Shown: one piece after another, positions 22,127-30,200 of the stretch
Numbering within the stretch: position 1 is the stretch's first letter
How the letters are laid out: every line of letters starts with the position of its first letter
DNA from: Omnitrophica WOR_2 bacterium RIFCSPHIGHO2_02_FULL_67_20
Lineage (GTDB): Bacteria; Omnitrophota; Gorgyraeia; Aquiviventales; Aquiviventaceae
NCBI GenBank assembly: GCA_001805695.1
Contig: MHGT01000032.1
Coordinates: 1 to 37,488, forward strand
Direction: 5' to 3'
Length of the DNA stretch: 37,488 nt
Position numbers and translations under genes: made by a program
The notes under the pieces: model-generated
Told to the model about the DNA's origin: nothing
Databases searched by the model: none
What the model saw: only the letters and a program-made list of their open reading frames with translations

Positions 22127-22668
22127 TGACCCCGCCCGTCTCGCTGCGGCCCAGCGAACGCCGGCTCGCGATGGGAGCGGGCGTCGTCATCGGCTGCTGG
22201 GCGCTCGTCTCGTGGGTTCTGCAGCCGCTGTGGGACCGCACTACCGACGCGCGGCGCCGCGTCGGCACCCAGACCGAGCGGCTCGAAGCGGTCGGCCATC
22301 TCCTCGTCCAGTCGCCGGCGGTGGAGCGCGAGTACGCCGCCGTCGCCGGCTACCTGCAGAGCGGGGATGACGCGCAGCTGCAGAGCACGCTCCTCAACGA
22401 GCTGGAGATGCTCGCCCGAGCCTCGAACATCCAGCTCGGCCTCAAGCCCCGGCCGGTCAAGCGGCAGGAGCGCGTGAGCCGCTTCGACGTCGAGCTCGAT
22501 GCGGAGGGGACGCAGCAGCACCTCCTTGCGTTTCTCGATGCGCTCCTGCGCATGCCGCGCCTCGTCGGCATCGAGCGGCTCAGGATGACCGGCGTGCCGC
22601 TGAAGCCGGACCTGGTGCGCGCGACCATTGTCCTTCAGCACCTGGCGTTCCAGCCGGATCCTACTTGA
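22126..22668 (+). CDS. GspM / PilO-like bitopic assembly protein
   Basis: MTPPVSLRPSERRL, a TM (AMGAGVVIGCWALVSWVL), then a coiled segment and a ferredoxin-like C-terminus (RFDVELDAEGTQQHLLAFLDALL). Confidence 0.6.
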   Translation: MTPPVSLRPSERRLAMGAGVVIGCWALVSWVLQPLWDRTTDARRRVGTQTERLEAVGHLLVQSPAVEREYAAVAGYLQSGDDAQLQSTLLNELEMLARASNIQLGLKPRPVKRQERVSRFDVELDAEGTQQHLLAFLDALLRMPRLVGIERLRMTGVPLKPDLVRATIVLQHLAFQPDPT

Positions 22669-22716
22669 CAGGGAAGGGTTGCGTGTTATAATTCAACCAC
22701 TCTCTACCAAGAGAGT
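22665..22716 (+). promoter_or_regulatory. Near-consensus sigma70 promoter TTGACA-16-(TGt)TATAAT, followed by the perfect palindrome ACTCTCT-acca-AGAGAGT
   Basis: -35 at 22665-22670 (overlapping the gspM-like stop), -10 at 22687-22692, palindrome at 22699-22716. Confidence 0.6.
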
Positions 22717-22721
22717 AGTTG

Positions 22722-23063
22722 ATGCCTCTACTTGCTAATGTCTATTTGCTCAAAGATTTAGCGCGGTTGAGCGGCCATTCCATTCACACCGTGAAGTTTT
22801 ATCTCAGGCGCGGGCTCATTCAAGAAGCGGGCCGAAGCCCGGAGACGCGCTTCCGCTATTTCGACGACGCCACCCTCGCGACCCTCTCCACGATCCGCAC
22901 GTTGCGCAAGCAGCGCAAGAGCCTCTTCGAAATTCAGCACTTCATCAACCATAACGGTTCGGAGTTCGCCCGCCCCGGCACGCCGGGTCGGGCCGGGGGA
23001 GTTCGCAGTTCCGAGCAGTTACCCCCAGCCCCGAGCCCCGAGCCTCCAGCTGCACCCCGATGA
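22722..23063 (+). CDS. MerR-family HTH transcriptional regulator (short)
   Basis: YLLKDLARLSGHSIHTVKFYLRRGLI...RYFDDATLATLSTIRTLRKQ is a MerR N-terminal HTH pattern. The start is ATG 22722 or TTG 22719. The last ~34 aa are encoded by a repeat element. Confidence 0.7.
   Translation: MPLLANVYLLKDLARLSGHSIHTVKFYLRRGLIQEAGRSPETRFRYFDDATLATLSTIRTLRKQRKSLFEIQHFINHNGSEFARPGTPGRAGGVRSSEQLPPAPSPEPPAAPR
22955..23044. repeat. Degenerate member of the GTTCGGA / CCCCGAG heptamer-palindrome family
   Basis: cggttcggagttcg ... gggagttcgcagttccgagcagtt acccccagccccgagccccgagcc, lying in the 3' end of the MerR-like ORF. Confidence 0.5.
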
Positions 23064-23896
23064 GTTACTACACGGTGCTCGGCCTGACGAGAGAGCCGTT
23101 CTCGACGAGCCCGGACCCCGCCTTCTTCTTCCGCTCCAGCTCCCACGTGCAGGCGCTGGCGCGCCTCGAGATCGCCATTCGGCTGCGGCGCGGGCTCTCG
23201 CTCATCCTCGGCGACGTGGGGACCGGCAAGACGACGCTGGCCCGCACGGTGCTCTCCGCCTTCCCGCAGGAGGACGGCTTCGCCTTCCACATGGTCCTCG
23301 ACCCCTCCTTTGAGTCGGAGTACCAGTTCCTCTACCAGCTGACGCGGATGTTCGGCATCCAGTCCCAGTGCAAGTCCACCCTTGACTGCCGGGAGGCGAT
23401 CGAGCACCACCTCTTCCAGAGCGGCGTCCTCGAGGGGAAAACGACGGTCCTCATCATCGACGAGGGCCAGAAGCTCTCCTTCGACATGCTGGAAAATCTC
23501 CGGATGCTGCTCAACTACGAGACGAATGAGTTCAAGCTGCTCCAGGTGGTGATCTTCGCGCAGATGGAGCTCCTGGGACGCCTCGCGCGCGTGACGAACT
23601 TCATCGACCGCGTGGCGCTGAAGTACATCATCAACCCGCTCAGCGAGGAGGAGACGGCGGAGATGATCCAGTTCCGCCTCCGCTCCGCCGGCCTGCCCTA
23701 CGGCCGCGGCCTCTTCTCGAGCGAGGCCGTGTCGGTCATCCACCGCTTCACGCAGGGCTATCCCAGGCAGATCGCCCTGCTGTGCCACAACGCGCTGGAA
23801 TCGATGGTGATCCACGACAAGTCGGTCGCGGACGCCGCGCTCGTCGAGGAGCTGATCCGCCATGAGTCCCGATGGCTTCGCGAAGCCGCCGCCTGA
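23060..23896 (+). CDS. ExeA/GspA-like AAA ATPase
   Basis: ATGA overlap with the upstream gene. YYTVLGLTREPFSTSPDPAFFF, Walker A GDVGTGKTT, Walker B VLIIDEGQ, GYPRQIALLCHNAL. Confidence 0.85.
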   Translation: MSYYTVLGLTREPFSTSPDPAFFFRSSSHVQALARLEIAIRLRRGLSLILGDVGTGKTTLARTVLSAFPQEDGFAFHMVLDPSFESEYQFLYQLTRMFGIQSQCKSTLDCREAIEHHLFQSGVLEGKTTVLIIDEGQKLSFDMLENLRMLLNYETNEFKLLQVVIFAQMELLGRLARVTNFIDRVALKYIINPLSEEETAEMIQFRLRSAGLPYGRGLFSSEAVSVIHRFTQGYPRQIALLCHNALESMVIHDKSVADAALVEELIRHESRWLREAAA

Positions 23897-24491
23897 AGAA
23901 AAGCTGCTGAAGCTCATCCGGGGCAAACCCGCCCGGTCCGCCACCGAGGCCGCGGCGTTCCCGCGCCCCGGCCAGCTCATGACCGCCTCCAGCCAGGCGG
24001 CGAAGGCCCGGGTCTTCCGCTCACCCGCGCGCGCGCCGGGATGGCCGACGATCGCCATGTGCGTGTTGGGGGCGTTCCTGGTCGTCGAAGTCATCGTGCT
24101 TATCGTCCAGGTGCTCCGCCCGCTGCCACCGGTGCTGCTGCCGGTCGAAGCGGCGGCTTCGCTGCCGGTAGCACTCCCGTCCCCTCACGAGCTGCCGTCG
24201 CTCAGCGCCAGCGTGCCCAGGACCGTCTTCGCGCCGAGCGCCGCGGCACCGGCGACAGGCGCCGCAGCCGCCCCGCTCAGCACATCGACCAAGCTCCTCG
24301 CCGCCCGCCTGACGCTCATGGGGATCGTCGCAGGCGACCCGCCGCAGGCGATCATCGAGGACTCCGAGACGAAGAAGACGTTTTTCGTGACCGCCGGCCA
24401 GATGGTGATCGAGGACGCCGTTGTCGAGCAGGTGCTGGACAGCCGCGTCATCCTCACGGTGGCGGGCGAAAAAATCGAGCTCTCGTTGTAA
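23862..24491 (+). CDS. GspC-like / PilP-like bitopic secretin-interacting protein
   Basis: One TM (IAMCVLGAFLVVEVIVLIVQVL), a Pro/Ala-rich linker, and a C-terminal HR-type beta domain (LTLMGIVAGDPPQAIIEDSETKKTFFVTAGQMV...VILTVAGEKIELSL). Confidence 0.6.
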   Translation: MSPDGFAKPPPEEKLLKLIRGKPARSATEAAAFPRPGQLMTASSQAAKARVFRSPARAPGWPTIAMCVLGAFLVVEVIVLIVQVLRPLPPVLLPVEAAASLPVALPSPHELPSLSASVPRTVFAPSAAAPATGAAAAPLSTSTKLLAARLTLMGIVAGDPPQAIIEDSETKKTFFVTAGQMVIEDAVVEQVLDSRVILTVAGEKIELSL

Positions 24492-24493
24492 GC

Positions 24494-26398
24494 ATGCCTC
24501 CAAAGCCGCCGCTCGGTTCAGGGTTCAGGGTTCAGGGTTCAGGGCAGACCGGTTCGCCCCGAACCCCGAACCCCCAACCCCCAACCCTTGCGAGTCTCGG
24601 CCTCGTGCTGCTCTTGCTCGGTGGAGCGGCAGGGCGGCTGATGGCGCAGCCGCCCGCGCCCCCGGTTCAAGAGGGACCGATCCGCGCCGGAGGGCGCATC
24701 TCGCTGGATCTTAAAGGCGTGGACATCCTCGATGTGCTCAAGCTGCTCTCCCAGAAGAGCGGGCTGAACTTCATCGCCGGGCGCAACGTCACGGGCCGCG
24801 TGACGATCTTCGTCGACGACGTGGACGTGTGGGACGCCTTCGAGCTCATCATCGGCGCCAACGATTTCGCGTATGAGCGGCGCGGCGACATCGTGACGGT
24901 GATGATGGCGCGCGACTACGAGCTCCTCTACGGGGAAAAGTTCCAGGTGCGCACCCAGACGCTCATCCAGCCGCTGAAGTACGCGAAGGGCTCGCCCGCC
25001 GCCGCCGTCCTCAACCAGATCAAGTCCTCCATCGGCCGCGTGGTGGTCGATGAGGCGACCGCCACGCTTATCCTCACCGATGTGCCGGCGAAGCTCGTCG
25101 AGATGCAGGGCGTCCTCAAGGAGCTCGACCGGCCGACCAAGACCCGCGTCTACAACCTCAACTACGCCGACGCGGAGAAGCTCAAAGAGAAAGTCCAGGA
25201 GCTGCTCTCGCCCGCCGGCACCTTCACGTTCGACACCCGGACCAACAAAGCGGTGGTCTCGGATCTCGAAGAGGTGCTCACGAAGGTGGACCGGATCGTG
25301 CGGGCGTTCGACGCCCCGGACGGCCAGGTGCTGATCGAAGCCAAGATCGTCAAGGTCGACCTCACCGACCAGATGGACCTCGGCATTGACTGGCAGCAGG
25401 TGTTCGCCGGCATCGACATGCAGACGCGCGGCAACTTCCGCGTGCTGAGCGACATCGTCGGCGGCGCCGCGACCGGCGGGGCGCTCAAGCTGCTGACGGC
25501 GCCGAAGGGAAACACGCAGGTCATCATCGAGGCGCTGAAAAAAATCACGAGCACCGACACGCTCTCCAGCCCCCGCATCATGGTCTCGAACAACCAGGAG
25601 GCGAAAATCCTTGTCGGGACCAAGGAGGCGGTCGTCACCGTGACGACGACCGTGCCGGCGACCGGCTCCACCGTCTCGGCGCCGGAGATCCAGTACGTGG
25701 ATGTCGGCACCAAGCTCTTCGTCACGCCGAGCATCAAGCGGGACGGCCACATCCAGCTCAAGGTCCGCCCCGAGGTGAGCACCTCCAAGGTCGAGACGTT
25801 CCAGACCAACCGCATCCCTATTGTGACTTCGACGGAGGCCGAGACAAACGTGCTCGTGAAGAGCGGGGTCACGCTCATCATCGGCGGCCTCATCGAGCAC
25901 AAGGACGAGCGGACGGAAAACCGCGTGCCCGTGTTGGGTGACATGCCCATCATCGGGGCGGCGTTCCGGGGCTCGACCGACTCGAACCGAAAGACCGAGC
26001 TGGTCGTCTTCCTGACCCCCCAGATCATCATGCCCGACGGCTCCGCCTATGCCGACAGCCCCCAGCCGTCGCCGGTCATCGAAGAACTGGAATCGAACGG
26101 CGGCCGCGCCTCGTCGCTGCCGCCCGCGTACCGTCAGGCGGTCCGCCGGCATCTGCAGGAGCGGTTGACCGACCGGCTGCGGCAGGCGTCGCTGCCGTCC
26201 GGCTCAGTGATCGTATCGTTCACGCTGGGGCGGGAAGGGCGGCTCATCGGCGCTCAGCAGATTATCAGCTCCGGGGGCGATGCCTTCATCCGGGCGGCCG
26301 CGGAGGCGCTCCAGCAGGCCGAGCCGTTCCCGCCGTTCCCGCAGGATTCGCCGGCGCATGAGGTCACGTTCCGGCTCGCCGTCGACTACACCCCGTAA
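24494..26398 (+). CDS. gspD: Secretin (GspD/PilQ family) with a C-terminal TonB/TolA-like domain
   Basis: N0-like: ISLDLKGVDILDVLKLLSQKSGLNFI. Secretin_N repeats: VYNLNYADAEKLKEKV. Secretin core: LSSPRIMVSNNQEAKILVG...RVPVLGDMPIIGAAFRG...ELVVFLTPQII. A C-terminal extension follows (see findings). Confidence 0.9.
   Translation: MPPKPPLGSGFRVQGSGQTGSPRTPNPQPPTLASLGLVLLLLGGAAGRLMAQPPAPPVQEGPIRAGGRISLDLKGVDILDVLKLLSQKSGLNFIAGRNVTGRVTIFVDDVDVWDAFELIIGANDFAYERRGDIVTVMMARDYELLYGEKFQVRTQTLIQPLKYAKGSPAAAVLNQIKSSIGRVVVDEATATLILTDVPAKLVEMQGVLKELDRPTKTRVYNLNYADAEKLKEKVQELLSPAGTFTFDTRTNKAVVSDLEEVLTKVDRIVRAFDAPDGQVLIEAKIVKVDLTDQMDLGIDWQQVFAGIDMQTRGNFRVLSDIVGGAATGGALKLLTAPKGNTQVIIEALKKITSTDTLSSPRIMVSNNQEAKILVGTKEAVVTVTTTVPATGSTVSAPEIQYVDVGTKLFVTPSIKRDGHIQLKVRPEVSTSKVETFQTNRIPIVTSTEAETNVLVKSGVTLIIGGLIEHKDERTENRVPVLGDMPIIGAAFRGSTDSNRKTELVVFLTPQIIMPDGSAYADSPQPSPVIEELESNGGRASSLPPAYRQAVRRHLQERLTDRLRQASLPSGSVIVSFTLGREGRLIGAQQIISSGGDAFIRAAAEALQQAEPFPPFPQDSPAHEVTFRLAVDYTP
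24515..24587. repeat. Heptamer-array palindromic element (GGTTCAG x4 / CCCCGAAC-CCCCAAC arm)
   Basis: Four perfect GGTTCAG units at 24515-24542. The right arm is ccccgaaccccgaacccccaacccccaaccc at 24557-24587. The element lies inside the secretin 5' coding region. Confidence 0.8.
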
Positions 26399-26486
26399 GC
26401 GTTTCGGTGGTGTTCGGCGTTTCTGTGGTGTAAGCTGTACGCTTGTCTGAGCGCGCCGCGCAGCATCGAATCGCAGGGAGGAGGAC

Positions 26487-27284
26487 ATGACGACGAACGG
26501 CCTGAACGGGAAGTGGGCGCTCATCCTCGGCGCCTCCAGCGGATTTGGCGCCGCGACGGCCCGGGAGTTGGCCCGGCACGGCATGCACATCATCGGCGTG
26601 CACCTCGACCGGCGCTCGGCGCTGGCCGGCGTCGAGGAACTGGTCAAGGCGCTCCAGGATCAGGGCGTGCACACGCACTTCTTCAACGTCAACGCCGCCG
26701 ACCCGCTCAAGCGCCAGGAAGTGCTGGACCGGGTTCAGCCTGAGCTCGCCGGAGCACCCATCAGCGTCCTGCTCCACTCGCTCGCGTTCGGCACCCTCAA
26801 GCCGTACCTCGCTTCCGACCCCAAGGAACAGCTCACGAAGGATCAAATGGAGATGACGCTCGACGTGATGGCGAACAGCCTCGTCTACTGGGTCCAGGAC
26901 CTGGTGGGGCGCAAGCTGCTGGGCAAGGGCTCGCGCGTCTTCGCGATGACGAGTGCGGGCGGCACCCGGGTCTGGCCGACCTACGGGGCGGTGTCCGCGG
27001 CAAAGGCGGCGCTGGAGTCGCACATCCGGCAGCTGGCGATGGAGCTGGCCCCCTACGGGGCGACGGCGAATGCCGTCCGCGCCGGCGTGACCGACACGCC
27101 CGCCCTGCGCAAGATCCCGGGGAACGAGCAGATGATGGAGTTCTCGAAGGTGCGCAACCCCCACCGCCGGCTCACCGCGCCGGAGGACGTGGCCCAGGCC
27201 ATCGCCGTGCTGGCCAATGCCGGGGCGGACTGGGTGACGGGCAACACCATTGGCGTGGACGGCGGCGAGGATATTGTTGGCTGA
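26487..27284 (+). CDS. SDR-family oxidoreductase, FabL-like (possible enoyl-ACP reductase)
   Basis: GGAGGAGGA RBS. ALILGASSGFGAA, YGAVSAAKAALE (YxxxK), NAVRAGVTDTPALRKIP, VTGNTIGVDGG. The resemblance to B. subtilis FabL is from memory only. Confidence 0.6.
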   Translation: MTTNGLNGKWALILGASSGFGAATARELARHGMHIIGVHLDRRSALAGVEELVKALQDQGVHTHFFNVNAADPLKRQEVLDRVQPELAGAPISVLLHSLAFGTLKPYLASDPKEQLTKDQMEMTLDVMANSLVYWVQDLVGRKLLGKGSRVFAMTSAGGTRVWPTYGAVSAAKAALESHIRQLAMELAPYGATANAVRAGVTDTPALRKIPGNEQMMEFSKVRNPHRRLTAPEDVAQAIAVLANAGADWVTGNTIGVDGGEDIVG

Positions 27285-27296
27285 GCAGTTGCGTGG

Positions 27297-30200
27297 ATGC
27301 GCGTTAAAAAGTTAGAAATTTTCGGGTTCAAGTCGTTCGCCCACAAGACGGTCATCCACTTCGAGCCCGGGGTGACCGCCATCGTCGGGCCGAACGGGTC
27401 CGGCAAGTGCGTGCATGGGGACTCCCGCGTGGTGCTGGCGGACGGGCGGGTTGTTCCAATCAAGGAGCTTGTGGAAGAAGCGCTCCGGGATGCCGGCCGC
27501 ATCGAGGATTGGGATGATGGGCAGGCGACGCACGACAATCCTTATGGCCTGCGCGTCTTGTCCCTCAACCCGGCTTCCCTCAAGGTTGAGCCGCGTCCGA
27601 TCACCGCGTTCATCAAGCGCACCGCTCCCGCCATACTCTACCGCATCGTGACCCGGACGGGCCGTGAGCTCGTCGCGACCGGCTACCACCCGCTCTTTAC
27701 ACTGGACGGCGGCGCGCTGAAGAGCCTGCCGGCCGACCAACTGCGGCTCGGGATGCGGATCGCCATTCCCCGCACGCTGCCCGTGTCGGGCGCGAGCGAT
27801 GCGCTGGACCGTGCGGCGATCTTCAGTCGGTTTAGTCGTGGCGATTCCGTCTACGTCCCGCACTCGCCAGCGCTGGAACAGTGGGTGAATCACATCAGCG
27901 AACGAGGTGGCGGGTTGGCCGCCGTCGCGCGACGCGCCGGAATCGAGCGGGGCCATGTGAGCATGGTGCGACAGGGACAAGCTGTCAATGCGGCGACCGT
28001 CAGCCGGCTCCAGACATGGTCGCAGGACGGGGGCGATGCGTCGGTCGGCACGGTCCTGCAAGCGAGCCGGGGCGCCAAGGCCGCCATGACCATCCCTTCG
28101 CGGATGACTCCAGCGCTGGCCAGGTTCCTGGGCTACTGCATTTCCGAAGGACAGAACACCTCGGCGAACCAGGTGTGGTTTGTGAATAGCGACCCAGCGC
28201 TAGTGGAGGATTTTTGCCGTTGCGCCGCCGAGACCTTCGGGGTGCGGCCGCGAGTGCTGTCATATAAGCCCAACGCGAAGGACGTACTGGTGTTCTCCCA
28301 CGCGCTCTGCCTGTACCTCGAGAAGGCTTTTGGATTCGCCGTGGGTCAACTGTCCGCTGAGAAGCAAGCGCCGGACGTCGTGCTGGGCGCGTCGGAGGAA
28401 TGCGTGCGCGCGTTCCTGTCGGCCCTGTTCGAGGGGGATGGGCACGTAGCGATGAAGATGCGCGCCGGCAGGACGATCGCGTACGTCGAGTATGCGACGG
28501 CGAGCCACCGGCTGGCCGATGACGTCTGTCTGCTCCTGCTCCGATTCGGCATTGTGGGTCGGATCGCCACCAAGCGAAAAGCGGCCACCAATACCCGGCA
28601 TCGTGTGGTTCGGACGTATTACAGCGTGATGATCTACGGGGTGGAACAGCTCACACGACTGGCGGAGGTCCTTGAGTTTCGAGGAGAGAAGCGGCGCGCG
28701 TTGGAGTGTCTCCGGTTGCTCAACCAATCGCCCAACCCGAACGACGATGTGGTGCCGGGCGTGACCCCGTTGGTGAACGCCCTGGTGCGTCAGGCCGGAC
28801 TCTCGGTCAAGCGGCTCCGGAAGGAGCATCCGACCTTAGCCGCCTACTACGAAGGACGGTGTGAAGCGACTCGCCCGGGTATTAGACGAGTACTGGACGC
28901 CGTTCAGCGGTTGGGTCGCGGCGGCCCCGAGGTCAGCACACTCTGCGAGCGGCTCCGGCTTCTAGCGGAGTCTGACGTGTATTGGGACGCCATTGCCAGC
29001 ATCGAACCGGTTCGCGGAACAGAGTGGGTGTATGACCTGACGGTGGACGGCTACCACAACTTCATTGCCAACGGCATGGTGGTGCATAACAGCAACATCG
29101 TCGACTCGATCCGCTGGGTGCTCGGCGAGCACAACCCGCGCGACGTCCGCGCCCCCCGCCTCGAAGACGTCATCTTCAACGGCACCGACAAGAAGGCCCC
29201 GCTCTCCATGGCGGAGGTGCACCTCACCATCGCCAACGAGCAGGGGCTCCTGCCGATCGCCTTCACCGAAGTGACGATCACCCGCCGCGTCTACCGCTCC
29301 GGCGAGAGCGAGTGCTTCATCAACCAGAGCCCCTGCCGGCTGAAGGACATCCAGGAGCTCTTCCTCGGCACGGGCCTCGGCGGCGGCACGTACGCCATCA
29401 TCGAGCAGGGCCACATCGACCTGATCCTCTCCTCGAAGCCGGAGGAGCGCCGCATCGTCTTCGAAGAGGCCAGCGGTGTGGCCAAGTATCTCGCGAAAAA
29501 GCGTGAGACGATGCGCCGGCTCGACGAGGTCGAAGAGCACCTCGTGCGGATCGCCGACATCATCGCAGAGGTCCGCCGGCAGGTCGCCGCACTGGAGCGC
29601 GCGGCGAACAAGGCCCGCCAGTACAAAACGCAGTGGGAGCAGCTGAAACAGCTGGAGCTGCGGCTCGTCGTGGATGAGCTGGGCTCTGGCCAGACGCGCG
29701 ACCAGGAGCTCGAAACACGGGTGCGCGCGCTCCAGGCCAAGCGGGACGAGCTCGAAGCACAGAAGCAAACGCACGTCACGTCGCTCGAAGCGGCCAACGC
29801 CGCGGTCTCGGCCATCGCCGGCAGGCTCCAGGAGCTGCGCACGCAGGCGGTGACCTCCGCCAGCGAAGTCCAGCAGCACGACGGCCAGCTCGCCCTCAAG
29901 ACGCGCTGGATCGAAGAGCTCGCGCAGCAGGTCCAGCAGGCCGAGGCCGAGGCGGTCCAGCTGCGCGAGCGCACGACCCAGCTCGACGAGCAGCTCGCCC
30001 GTGTGGGCGGCGCCGAGGCCGAGGTGGCGGCACAGCTCTCCGCCGTCGAGGAACAGGCCCATCAGGGCGGCGGCGAGCTGGCCGCGCTCGAGGTCGTGCT
30101 GCAGTCGGCGCTCGAAACGCTCGAAACGGCCAAGGCCCAGCTCTTCGACGCGGCCTCCGAGGCCTCGCACCAGCGCAACCGGCTCGCCGGAGCGGCCTCG

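Noticed and set aside
26399-26450. A possible degenerate repeat element after the secretin gene (gtttcggtggt gttcggc gtttctgtggt, aagcgt...acgctt).
   Set aside because: It contains a GTTCGG core and short inverted ends, but the array and arm structure is not clear enough to assign it to a family.
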